From: Rudaea sp.
GTDB taxonomy: Bacteria; Pseudomonadota; Gammaproteobacteria; Xanthomonadales; Rhodanobacteraceae
Direction of reading: 5' to 3'
DNA: 64,000 nucleotides
NCBI GenBank assembly: GCA_035650835.1
Contig: DASRGX010000244.1
Span: 6,154-70,153 of the forward strand
Below the pieces are notes generated by a model. The model did no database searches, was not told the DNA's origin, and saw only the letters and a list, made by a program, of their open reading frames with translations. Shown here piece by piece: positions 17,899 to 26,862 of this stretch; within the stretch, counting starts at the first letter, position 1; every line of letters starts with the position of its first letter. Position numbers and translations under genes: made by a program.

Positions 17899-19257
17899 CT
17901 AAACGTCTGCAAGCTCCGCCCTCGCCCGTGCGAGCACGGCGTCGAGCAACTCGTCGCTGTAGGGCTCGGCGATGGGAGGAAGCGAACCCAGCGGCGTCGC
18001 CATCAGGGGATGGTCGAGCTGCGGGTTGCTGAGGCCAAGCGTCTGGCGCAGGCGCAGCACGGCGAGGATCTCGAAGGGGATGTAGGTCAGATCGCCCCAG
18101 GTGTGAAAATCCGGGGAATCCTTGCCGATCATCACCAGGTGGGTGTGACGGTCGCAGGCGGCGAGTAGCAGCGGTGCGATCGCGTCCGCGTCGGGCGTGC
18201 GCCAGTGCGCGAGCAGCGCGGTGAACAAGGGCTCATCGTCGGCCTGCGGCGGCATCGGCGGTCCGGCAATGCCTTGCCAGTCGGCGATCAGGCGCAGCAA
18301 GAAGAACTGGGTGCGGCGCTGGAAGTAGGGCTTCTTTCTCTTCTTGTCGAAATCGGTGAAGCCCTTGCTGTGCAGGCGCTCGGCGTAGTGATGGAACAGC
18401 GTCATCGCGCGCTCGTTCCAGCCCAGCACGAGGCAGAAGGCCGCTGTGTCGACGACGTCCATCAACCAGACGTGGTCGCCGCCGCGGGCCATGCGCAGCC
18501 AAACGTAGTTGTATGCGACCGAGCGGCGCCAGAAATCCAGCCACGGCGTGCCGCTGGCGGCCACGTCCTCCGCGTTCGTCTGCTCGGCTTTCACCGTCGT
18601 CGCCCAACGTTTGAATTCCTCGTCGTTCGCGACACGTGCGACTGTTTCGGCGGCGTAGGGCTGCGCCTTGTCGCCCTTGCGCAGGACGAGCGCCGGGCCG
18701 AACTCGAGCAGGCACGCCTCCAGGGTTTCGGGCGCGTGCCCCACGTGCTGGAGGTGGCGTACGATCTTGTACTCGCCCTCGCTCACCTCCGCGTCCAGCT
18801 CCGCGGCGAACTTCGGGACGTAGTTGTCGTTGGTGGGGTCGAAATATTGTTCCATGTTCTGCGGCCAGATCTGCGAATGGAGGTGTTTGCCGTTCTTGAT
18901 CAACCGCTGGAATTCACGCCGGGTGGCAGCTGTGGTCACCGGCTTGGCCTTCCCACGCGCCTGCGGCTTCTTGTTGCCTAGTGCCGCCTGCACCGCGTGC
19001 CATCGCAGCGCCCCCGCGCAGCGATGCAGATTCTCGGCGGCATCGGAGAATTGCTGCGTCACCTTTCCATCGGGCCGCAGCGTGTGCCCGGCGTCGCCGC
19101 GACCATAAGCCTCCAGCGCCGGGATGAGGTCGATGCTCCACTTGGCTTCCCACATGCCCAATTTGTACGACTTGAGATAGTTCGCCACTTTGGGGAAGCG
19201 CGGCGCGACGCCGAGGCGGACGATGGTCGGTGGAGTGCTGTTCGCGGGCTGGCTCAT
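17899..19257 (-). CDS. hypothetical 452-aa soluble protein (family not recognised)
   Basis: ORF 17899..19257. It is long, with codon usage like the neighbouring genes and no competing frame. It has no signal peptide or TM helix. Confidence 0.75.
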   Translation of the reverse strand: MSQPANSTPPTIVRLGVAPRFPKVANYLKSYKLGMWEAKWSIDLIPALEAYGRGDAGHTLRPDGKVTQQFSDAAENLHRCAGALRWHAVQAALGNKKPQARGKAKPVTTAATRREFQRLIKNGKHLHSQIWPQNMEQYFDPTNDNYVPKFAAELDAEVSEGEYKIVRHLQHVGHAPETLEACLLEFGPALVLRKGDKAQPYAAETVARVANDEEFKRWATTVKAEQTNAEDVAASGTPWLDFWRRSVAYNYVWLRMARGGDHVWLMDVVDTAAFCLVLGWNERAMTLFHHYAERLHSKGFTDFDKKRKKPYFQRRTQFFLLRLIADWQGIAGPPMPPQADDEPLFTALLAHWRTPDADAIAPLLLAACDRHTHLVMIGKDSPDFHTWGDLTYIPFEILAVLRLRQTLGLSNPQLDHPLMATPLGSLPPIAEPYSDELLDAVLARARAELADV

Positions 19258-19455
19258 GTGTGGATCGGAACGTGGTAGGGCGGACGGGCGAGAGTACTTG
19301 CTGCTTCTGCCACTGTCATCCCGACTTTCACGGGATCGCGAGTCACCACACCATTCGCAATCGGCGTCGGCGTCAGCTCTTGCGGCAATGCGGCGACTAT
19401 TACGTTGCCAGCGGCGAGGCCGTCGCGTGCACGGACTCGCCCTTTGGCACGGAAT

Positions 19456-20196
19456 TCAAAACGCCTCCGCCACACCCGTCGGTACGTATGCTTCGCTCTT
19501 GCGGCGAAATACCAACGCCGCGGCCGCCGCAATGTTCCAGATTCCCTGTGCCAACAGGATCGTGACGACGACGGTGTCGGTCATGCGCGTCCCGACGATG
19601 AAGACGATGACTGCGGGCAAGGCGCCGGCGAGCAGGCCGACGACGCCAGCGGCGCGCTGCATGCCGCGTTCGCGCAGCAAGGCGCACGACCATGCGACGG
19701 CGGCGACCGACTGGAACACCCATGCGACACGCGCAAGGTCGGGCAGCAACACCCAGGAGAATGCGCTGACGATGCGGAATCCCTGCTCGATCGCCTCGGG
19801 TGAACCGCCGACGAACATGGCAGCGGCATCGGTGCTGACGAATCCGTCGACGACTGTCCCCAACAACATCAGTACGGTGCCGAGCGCGTAGCTCACCAAG
19901 CCGACCAGGACCGGCGTGCGATTCAGTCCGAGACGCTGCGAGAGCACACCGTAGCCGTACATGAATCCGCCGATGCAGGCCATAGCGACGACGTGCACGA
20001 GCTGATGCATCGGTTGCGCCTTGACCATGCTCTGCATGATCGACAGCGCGTCCTTGCCGCCGCCGCCTTCGTCGAGAGCGACGAAAACGATCGAGGCGAT
20101 TGCGCTCGCCGCTATGACGAGACCTGCGGCACGCGTATTCGGCGCCGCGGCGGCGACTGTGTTCGTGAGTTGCGGGCTTGCGTCGAGCGTTCGCAT
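19456..20196 (-). CDS. hypothetical polytopic membrane protein (246 aa)
   Basis: ATG 20196 (MRTLDASPQ...) inside ORF 19456..20502, with AAAGGA upstream. It has about 6 hydrophobic helices. Confidence 0.6.
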   Translation of the reverse strand: MRTLDASPQLTNTVAAAAPNTRAAGLVIAASAIASIVFVALDEGGGGKDALSIMQSMVKAQPMHQLVHVVAMACIGGFMYGYGVLSQRLGLNRTPVLVGLVSYALGTVLMLLGTVVDGFVSTDAAAMFVGGSPEAIEQGFRIVSAFSWVLLPDLARVAWVFQSVAAVAWSCALLRERGMQRAAGVVGLLAGALPAVIVFIVGTRMTDTVVVTILLAQGIWNIAAAAALVFRRKSEAYVPTGVAEAF

Positions 20197-20314
20197 GAGT
20201 CGTCCTTTCTGTTGTGGGCGCGCAGCAGGTTGCGTGAGGCCACGATAGGAAAGCCGGTTTGTGCGAGTGTGTTGCGGCGGTAAAGAAGTATGAAGCCGTG
20301 CCGGACTAGGGAAC

Positions 20315-21289
20315 CTAGCGGCCCGCGTCGCAGCGGGCGGGCAGCTCGACCACGAAACTGTTGTGGTTCTCCGGCGTCGCCACGAAGCGTGCGTCGCCGC
20401 CGTGATGCCGCGCGATCTGCCGCACCAGTGCAAGACCGAGGCCGCTGCCAGTCGTGTTGACGCGATCCGCGCGGCGGAAAAAAGGCTCGAACAGGCGCGC
20501 ACGTTCCTGCGGTGGAATCAGCACGCCGCGATCGCTGACGACGAGGCGAGCGACGCCGTCGATGGGCGCGACATGCACCTCGATCGGCGGCTGCCCGTGG
20601 CGACCGGCATTCTCGATCAGATTGCGCAGCAAGCGCCGCAACAGGCGCGGATCGCCAGCGACGACGACGGACGTGCCGTCGAGCTGCACACCGTCGTAGC
20701 GCGCGCCCTCCTCCGCGGCCAGCGCGAGCAGGTCGACGTCTTCCGTCGCGTCCAGTTGGGCGACCGCGTCGAGGCGGCTCGCGATCAGGATTTCGTCGAT
20801 CAGGCGGTCGAGCTCGGCGATATCGCGCTCGAGACCGGCCTTGCGTTTCGGATCGGCGGAATCCTTCATCAGTTCCGTCGCCAGGCGAATGCGCGCCAGC
20901 GGCGTGCGCAGTTCGTGCGATGTGTTGGCGAGTAGCCTCTTGTGCGCGTCAACCAGTTCCTCGATGCGTGCGGCAGCGCGATTGAAACTGCACGCGAGCC
21001 GCGCGACCTCGTCGCTGCCTTCGACCGACACGCGTGCGGACAAATCGCCGGCGCCGAGCGATTCGACCGCGATCTGCAGCCGCTCCAACCGCTGCGTGAG
21101 CCGCCGTACGAGCGGATACGCCACCGCGCCGACCGCCAGCGCCAGCAGCGACAGGGCCAAGATCACGGTGAAACCCGAGTGCCCAAACGCCTGCTCTCCG
21201 CCGAGATGCCAGCACAGGCCAGCGAGCAGCGCGAACACGATCAGACTCCCGAGCAGCGCGAGATAGACGCGGACGTACAGACGCGACAT
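20315..21289 (-). CDS. two-component sensor histidine kinase (CpxA/RstB-like)
   Basis: ORF 20315..21289. It has 2 TM helices plus HAMP, the H-box SHELRTPLA, the N-box NLIENAGRH and the G-box GSGLGLALV. Confidence 0.9.
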   Translation of the reverse strand: MSRLYVRVYLALLGSLIVFALLAGLCWHLGGEQAFGHSGFTVILALSLLALAVGAVAYPLVRRLTQRLERLQIAVESLGAGDLSARVSVEGSDEVARLACSFNRAAARIEELVDAHKRLLANTSHELRTPLARIRLATELMKDSADPKRKAGLERDIAELDRLIDEILIASRLDAVAQLDATEDVDLLALAAEEGARYDGVQLDGTSVVVAGDPRLLRRLLRNLIENAGRHGQPPIEVHVAPIDGVARLVVSDRGVLIPPQERARLFEPFFRRADRVNTTGSGLGLALVRQIARHHGGDARFVATPENHNSFVVELPARCDAGR

Positions 21290-21290
21290 G

Positions 21291-21980
21291 TCAGTCCTGA
21301 GCCTTGGCGAACACGTAGCCGGCGCCGCGCACCGTGATTATGCGCCGCGGCTGTTTGACGTCGTCCTCGATCGCAGCGCGGATGCGCGAGATGTGCACGT
21401 CGATCGAACGATCGAACGCTTCGAGTTGTTCGCCCTTGACCATATCCATCAGCGCCTCGCGCGACAGCACGCGGCCGGCGTTGCGCGCGAACGCCACCAA
21501 CAGCTCGTACTGATAGGACGTGACGCTGCGCGGCTCGCCATCTAGCGTCAGCACGCGTGCGCCGCAATCGATTTCAAGGCGGCCGAACCGCAACACACGA
21601 TCGCCGGCGACGCCGGAACCGCGGCGCCTGAGGATCGCGCGCAGACGTGCGAGCAGTTCGCGCGGCTCGAAGGGTTTCGGCAGGTAGTCGTCCGCGCCTA
21701 GCTCCAGGCCCACGATGCGGTCCATCGCATCGCCGCGCGCGGTGAGCATCAGCAGGGGCGTATCGGATTTCGCACGCAACCGGCGGCAGACGTCGAGGCC
21801 GTCCATGTCGGGCAGCATCAAGTCGAGGATCACCGCATCGAACGGCGCGTCGGCGAGTCGTTCCATCGCGGCGGCGCCGAACGGCGCGAGCACGACGCGA
21901 AAACCCGCCCCGCCGAGATACTCGCAGAGCATCTCGGCGAGGCGGGCATCGTCTTCGACTAGCAGGATGCGCTCGGCCAT
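21291..21980 (-). CDS. OmpR-family response regulator
   Basis: ORF 21291..21980. The receiver domain has DLMLPDMDG and the winged-helix domain has RGAGYVF. The stop lies 1 nt from the kinase ATG. Confidence 0.95.
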   Translation of the reverse strand: MAERILLVEDDARLAEMLCEYLGGAGFRVVLAPFGAAAMERLADAPFDAVILDLMLPDMDGLDVCRRLRAKSDTPLLMLTARGDAMDRIVGLELGADDYLPKPFEPRELLARLRAILRRRGSGVAGDRVLRFGRLEIDCGARVLTLDGEPRSVTSYQYELLVAFARNAGRVLSREALMDMVKGEQLEAFDRSIDVHISRIRAAIEDDVKQPRRIITVRGAGYVFAKAQD

Positions 21981-22023
21981 CGCAATGGCACTGTGTCGGC
22001 TGGCGCCGACGATGGCAAGCCCT

Positions 22024-22554
22024 TCAGCCTTGCGCGGGTGCCAGGTGCGCGGCGAGCTTGTCGGTCAGCACCTTGCGTTGCGCCGGCGTCAGCGCGTCCG
22101 CGGTGTCGGCGATCAGTTGCACGAGTTCGCGCGAGGCTTTGTCCGCGAGCGCGACCTGCGCGGCGCGCGAATTCTCCAACGCCGTGCGGTCGATCGGGTC
22201 TTGCGTCAGCAGTGTCAGCATCTGCGCGTGTTGCGCATGGAATTGATCGTGCAATTGCACCAGGTCCGCTGCCGTCGTGCGCACGAGCGGCGCGATCTGC
22301 GCCTGCTGTGCCGGCGTCGCACCGACTTCGGAGTAGATGTGCTGCAGCAGCGCGTCGACGTTGCCGGCGAGGTCGCCGGGCGCTGCTCCCGCCATGTGCA
22401 TGTGTCCCCCGTGATGGAAGGCGGCGACGCCGGTATTCTGCGCCACCGCGCCGAGGGTTACGGCGACGCCCCCCAACACGGCGGCGAGTGCGAGCACATT
22501 GCGCGTGCGACGGGCGATGGGTGATGTGTTGAGGGATGGGGTCGGGTTGTTCAT
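22024..22554 (-). CDS. periplasmic Spy/CpxP-family (LTXXQ) protein with a His-rich N-terminal motif
   Basis: ORF 22024..22554. It has a signal peptide, the His-rich HHGGHMHM, helical repeats, and LTPAQRKVL (LTXXQ). Confidence 0.7.
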   Translation of the reverse strand: MNNPTPSLNTSPIARRTRNVLALAAVLGGVAVTLGAVAQNTGVAAFHHGGHMHMAGAAPGDLAGNVDALLQHIYSEVGATPAQQAQIAPLVRTTAADLVQLHDQFHAQHAQMLTLLTQDPIDRTALENSRAAQVALADKASRELVQLIADTADALTPAQRKVLTDKLAAHLAPAQG

Positions 22555-23040
22555 TGCTGATCCTCTCTGTCAGTTTCGAGGCAGGATGCCCCAGGCGTTA
22601 CGGTGATGCCGACGCGTCAGCGCATGGTTTCGAGCGGGTAAAGTTGTGTAAAGCGAACCGTCCTGGCGCAGACCAGGACCGCGCAGTTCCTATTGAACAT
22701 CCGTCGCGTCATATTTGAATGTGAATCCGAATCCTTCGGTCGCGAATCGAGACAGCTGCGATTGCTCCGTCGTCAAATCTACAAGTGCATAGGCCTTCAA
22801 AAATGGCTTGGGCTCGGGAAGGTTACGAGCGGCTGCGGCGCACGGTTGTTGAGTTATGTCCGCCTGTCCTGGTGACGCTTCTGGCCGGAAGCGACCTCCC
22901 GTACCGGTTCACTTGCCACACACGTGGCCACCGGAAGCCCACCGACGTCTCCGCGATGTGGAACTGACGCTATACTCGCAGCCGAGTGACCCACAGGGCG
23001 CGTCGTCGAGGCCCAGTAGCCGCACCACGGGGTGGCAGTC

Positions 23041-24543
23041 ATGAGCCGTCGAGACGAAACAGACAAGAGGGCGTTCGGACAGAAATGTCTGCGCGGACTT
23101 CTGATTGCGCTGTGTTGCACCGCTTCCGTGTCAGCCGCCAGCCAGTTTCACTACCTTCAATGGGGTGGGCTCGTCCAAGGCGACGGCCCCGACGTGATCA
23201 ATGCGGTAGCACGCGATCCTTCGGGGAATTTTCTGATCGTGGGAACCGTCTTCGCGTCCAGCACGAATTTCGCTTTCACCGGAACGCCCAGCGCATTGCC
23301 GGGCGACGCGGTCAACGGGAAAGCATTTGTCGCCAAATACGATGCCAGCGGCAACCTGCTATGGGTCAAAGGGCTGGTATCGTCTTCCAGCTTGCAGCGT
23401 GGCGATTCGGTCGCGACGGATTCGTCCGGCAACATTTATGTCGCCGGGCGTTTTGGCGGGACGGCCACCATCGCTTCCCTCATGCCGGCGGTGGCCAACG
23501 GAACGAGCGATCTGTTTCTGGCCGCTTTCGACGCTTCAGGCAATACGCTTTGGACGAGGGCGTTCTCCGGTTCTTCGGTCGAATATTGGTCGAATCATTC
23601 GATCGCAATCGACGCGTTGGGGAATCTCGTGATTGCCGGTCAGTTCGGATCGCCCTCCGACTCGAGCGCCACACTGGACCTCGGCGCCGGGCTGCTGGGA
23701 GGGAGCGGAAAGGAGGACTTCCTGGCAAAGCTCGATTCGAGCGGAAATGCGATCGCCTCAAGAAGCTATGGCGTTGTCTGCGATGATGCGTCGAATTTCG
23801 GGAATCGAGTCGACCTCGATGCAAACGGCAACGTCTACACCGTGGATAGCTATGGCGCCTCCGGCTGCTCCGGCACGAACTACGCGAGAACAGTCGTTTA
23901 CAAATGGGACGGCGCTCTGAATGGGCTGTGGAGCAAGACGTTCAGCACAACTACGGCGGCGGTGAATGCGTATAGCCTCTCGGTGGACGCAGCCGCCGGC
24001 ATTGTCGCGATCGGGGGCGACTATGCTGCCGCAATCGATTTCGGCGCCGGCACCTTGCCGTTCGGGGGAAGCAGCGGCAACGTCAATGGCTACCTGCTGC
24101 AGCTGAATTCGGACGGAACCTACCGCGCAGCCACTACGGCGTATGGCGCGGGGAATTCGCGGATATTCAGCCTAGCGTACGACTCGGCCGGGCGCTTGTC
24201 CTATGGTCTGAACTACACCAACAACTATATCGACTTGGCGTATCCGCAGTCGCAAATTGCAACTGCGAACGATGGCAATGCCGCCTATGGTCAGCTTCTT
24301 GCGAATCAAACATTGGCTTGGGTTTACACGATAGAAGATGTGACGATCGGCTGCACCGTCTCCTCCTACGGAGCCATCGTCCCCATTTCATACGATCGAT
24401 TGCTGGTTGCCGGAACGCCCGAGTGTGGTCAGGTGAATCTGGACTTTGGCCCGAACGCCGAGATCTTCGATTCCGGTGTCCATGCGTCATCGTTTCTCAT
24501 GCAGACATTGTCTGGATCGATATTCTTCGACGGTTTTGAATAG
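23041..24543 (+). CDS. secreted SBBP-type beta-propeller repeat protein
   Basis: ATG 23041 inside ORF 23032..24543. Repeats are D.SGN.Y..G.F.G...(F)G... (DPSGNFLIVG, DASGNLLWVKG, DSSGNIYVAGRFGG, DASGNTLW, DALGNLVIAGQFG, DSSGNAI, DANGNVYTV). The C-terminus is IFFDGFE. Codons are visibly AT-richer than in flanking genes. Confidence 0.75.
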   Translation: MSRRDETDKRAFGQKCLRGLLIALCCTASVSAASQFHYLQWGGLVQGDGPDVINAVARDPSGNFLIVGTVFASSTNFAFTGTPSALPGDAVNGKAFVAKYDASGNLLWVKGLVSSSSLQRGDSVATDSSGNIYVAGRFGGTATIASLMPAVANGTSDLFLAAFDASGNTLWTRAFSGSSVEYWSNHSIAIDALGNLVIAGQFGSPSDSSATLDLGAGLLGGSGKEDFLAKLDSSGNAIASRSYGVVCDDASNFGNRVDLDANGNVYTVDSYGASGCSGTNYARTVVYKWDGALNGLWSKTFSTTTAAVNAYSLSVDAAAGIVAIGGDYAAAIDFGAGTLPFGGSSGNVNGYLLQLNSDGTYRAATTAYGAGNSRIFSLAYDSAGRLSYGLNYTNNYIDLAYPQSQIATANDGNAAYGQLLANQTLAWVYTIEDVTIGCTVSSYGAIVPISYDRLLVAGTPECGQVNLDFGPNAEIFDSGVHASSFLMQTLSGSIFFDGFE

Positions 24544-24670
24544 GTTGTCGCCGAAACGTCTGTTCCTTGAGCTCGCTGAAGATGTGCTACTACAAGAGGG
24601 TGGCTGGAGGATGGCGACTGGCCGACGGTCGACCTAGAGTTCGAGAGTCCCTCAATAGGCAGGAGGTCTT

Positions 24671-25138
24671 ATGAAAGCGTTTCAGCGTCTTGCAATGCTG
24701 ATGTCCCTGCTCACTACGACGGCACTGGCGTCTGGTTCTGGTGAAGTCGTGCAACAAGGGAAATCGAGCAAATTCGTGGATGCCTACGCGTGCTGGCAAC
24801 CCGAACATTTCGACAAGAGCAAGATGCTCACTTCCGTCATGATATCCGGCAACAAGATCGATGCTGCGAAAGCACCCTCAGATTGTCAGAAGCTGCGCCC
24901 CCTGCTCGGGAAGTATGTGGAACTCGATTTCACCGCCGACAAACGTTTGGACATGATCGGCGTCTACGAAGGAGATGTCGGATTCTCGACCGACGCGAGC
25001 GATACCTTGACGTTGACGCACTACGACGACAAGCGAATAGAGGGCACCTATCGCACTCAAGACGAAACGAAGAAAAATTCCGACGGAGCTTATTTCGACC
25101 TGAAATTCGCTGTCGATATTCCAGCGGCCAAGAAATGA
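24671..25138 (+). CDS. hypothetical secreted protein (155 aa)
   Basis: ORF 24671..25138 with AGGAGG 5 nt upstream. It has the signal peptide MKAFQRLAMLMSLLTTTALASG. Codon usage is AT-rich relative to the window. Confidence 0.6.
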   Translation: MKAFQRLAMLMSLLTTTALASGSGEVVQQGKSSKFVDAYACWQPEHFDKSKMLTSVMISGNKIDAAKAPSDCQKLRPLLGKYVELDFTADKRLDMIGVYEGDVGFSTDASDTLTLTHYDDKRIEGTYRTQDETKKNSDGAYFDLKFAVDIPAAKK

Positions 25139-25344
25139 TCCGCCAGGCTAGATAGCCGCGCAGCGCGTGGCCCGGATCGGCATGGTCGCAGTTTTCGTTC
25201 TAGCGATGTCCGGAAGCCGAGCCCCTCGTCAAGGACGGGGCCCGCCACTGCGCGGAAGCCGTGTCCCGTCATCGTGTTGGGGCGACGACGATCGCGCCCG
25301 CCGGGAAGAGATAGCGCCGTTCCGGTAGACCCGGTTAGTGAGTT

Positions 25345-25420
25345 TGGTGGGCCGTGCAGGACTTGAACCTGCGACCAACGGATTAAAAGTCCGCTGCTCT
25401 ACCAACTGAGCTAACGGCCC
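25345..25420 (-). tRNA. tRNA-Lys (anticodon UUU), CCA encoded
   Basis: The reverse complement reads GGGCCGTTAGCTCAGTTGGTAGAGCAGCGGACTTTTAATCCGTTGGTCGCAGGTTCAAGTCCTGCACGGCCCACCA. It has a 7-bp acceptor stem GGGCCGT/ACGGCCC, the anticodon loop CTTTTAA and the T-loop GGTTCAAGTCC. Confidence 0.95.
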
Positions 25421-25494
25421 GGAAGCATGCGCCGCACCAGAGCGGCGCGGGCCGCGCAGTTTAGGCGCACGCGGCGGCGGGGGCAAGCGCTGCG

Positions 25495-26166
25495 CTAGCG
25501 ATAACGCGTCGGATCGGCGAGGCCGGCCTCGGCGAAGCCTTGCGCGCGCAGGCGGCAGGCGTCGCAGCGGCCGCAGGCGCGCCCCTCGGCGTCGGCCTGA
25601 TAGCACGACACCGTGGCCGCGAAATCGACGCCGAGACGTGCGCCCTCGCGGGCGATATCGGCCTTGCTCATGCGCACGAGAGGGGCGTGGATGCGCAGTT
25701 GTGCGCCTTCGATGCCGACCTTCGTGGCGAGGTTGGCCAGACGTTCGAACGCGTCGATGAACTCTGGGCGGCAGTCGGGGTAGCCCGAATAGTCGATCGC
25801 ATTGACGCCGCAATAGATGTCGAGGGCGCCGAGCACCTCGGCCCAGCCGAGCGCGACGGAGAGCATGATCGTGTTGCGCGCCGGCACGTAAGTGACGGGA
25901 ATGCCGGCGCCGCCGTGCTCCGGCACGGCGATGTCGGCCGTGAGCGCCGAGCCGCCGATGCTGCGCAGATCGACGTGTACGGTCTTGTGTTCGGCCGCGC
26001 CCAGCAGGCGCGCGACGCGGGCGGCGGCATCGAGTTCGGAGGCATGGCGCTGGCCGTAGTCGACGCTCAGGGCATGGCACGCGAACCCGGCCTCGCGCGC
26101 GAGCGCCAGCGTGACGGCCGAATCCATGCCGCCCGACACGAGCACGACGGCGCGGCGCCCGCTCAT
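25495..26166 (-). CDS. queC: 7-cyano-7-deazaguanine synthase
   Basis: ATG 26166 ([16 protein letters not shown]...) inside ORF 25495..26244. It has the SGGMDS PP-loop and the C-terminal Zn cysteines CGRCDAC. The ATG overlaps the queE stop (ATGA). Confidence 0.95.
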   Translation of the reverse strand: MSGRRAVVLVSGGMDSAVTLALAREAGFACHALSVDYGQRHASELDAAARVARLLGAAEHKTVHVDLRSIGGSALTADIAVPEHGGAGIPVTYVPARNTIMLSVALGWAEVLGALDIYCGVNAIDYSGYPDCRPEFIDAFERLANLATKVGIEGAQLRIHAPLVRMSKADIAREGARLGVDFAATVSCYQADAEGRACGRCDACRLRAQGFAEAGLADPTRYR

Positions 26167-26843
26167 CGGCCGGGCTCCTGGCCCCAGAGGAGCTTGTGCA
26201 GCTGGATCTGCATGCGCACGGGCAGGCGGTCGGCGAGGATCCATTCGGCGAGATCGCGCGGTGCGAGCGCGCCGTACACGGGCGAGAACAGGATCTCGCA
26301 GCGCGCGGCGAGGTCGCGCTCACGGAGCACGCCGACCGCCCAGTCGTAGTCGCTGCGTCCGGCGAGCACGAATTTGATCTGGTCCTTGGTCGTCAGGACC
26401 TCGAGATTGCCCCAGAGATTGCGGGCGGATTCCCCGGAATCGGGCGCCTTCAAGTCCATGACGCGCACGACGCGCGGATCGACCGCGGCGACGTCGAGCG
26501 CACCAGAGGTCTCGAGCGACACGGCATGCCCGGCGTCGCACAGGCGCACGAGCAAGTCGAGGCAGCGCTTCTGCGCGAGCGGTTCGCCGCCCGTCACGCA
26601 GACATGCTGCGTTTGATACTTTGCGACGTCTTCCACAATCTCGTCGATGCTGCGCCACTCGCCGCCGTGGAACGCGTACTCGGTGTCGCACCACGTGCAG
26701 CGCAATGGGCAGCCCGTCAGGCGCACGAACACGGTCGGGCGGCCGACGTCGCGCGCCTCGCCTTGCAACGAGTGGAAGATCTCGGCGATGCGCAGACGCG
26801 GCTCGACGGCCGCGCCGCTTGTGGTCGCGTGGACGCCGCTCAT
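26163..26843 (-). CDS. queE: 7-carboxy-7-deazaguanine synthase (radical SAM)
   Basis: ORF 26163..26843. Motifs are [18 protein letters not shown] and VTGGEP. Confidence 0.95.
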   Translation of the reverse strand: MSGVHATTSGAAVEPRLRIAEIFHSLQGEARDVGRPTVFVRLTGCPLRCTWCDTEYAFHGGEWRSIDEIVEDVAKYQTQHVCVTGGEPLAQKRCLDLLVRLCDAGHAVSLETSGALDVAAVDPRVVRVMDLKAPDSGESARNLWGNLEVLTTKDQIKFVLAGRSDYDWAVGVLRERDLAARCEILFSPVYGALAPRDLAEWILADRLPVRMQIQLHKLLWGQEPGR

Positions 26844-26862
26844 GATGCGGAACGAGCGCGGA

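Noticed and set aside
22693-22967. 60-aa plus-strand ORFs in the AT-richer spacer (22693..22875, 22785..22967, 22856..23044)
   Set aside because: They have no Shine-Dalgarno, mostly non-ATG starts and no recognisable fold. They mutually overlap and are more likely chance frames.
22555-25344. Calling the tRNA-Lys-adjacent islet a mobile genetic element
   Set aside because: No integrase, transposase or phage gene is present, and I could not find a direct repeat of the tRNA 3' end by eye. It is kept only as a compositional observation.
25345-26843. Functional link between queE-queC and the immediately downstream tRNA-Lys
   Set aside because: Queuosine modifies GUN-anticodon tRNAs (Asp, Asn, His, Tyr), not tRNA-Lys(UUU). 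From memory, the adjacency is a conserved synteny feature rather than a functional coupling.
26844-26862. preQ1 riboswitch upstream of queE
   Set aside because: Only 19 nt separate the cpoB stop from the queE start, which is too short for the aptamer. No matching hairpin or A-rich tail is seen.
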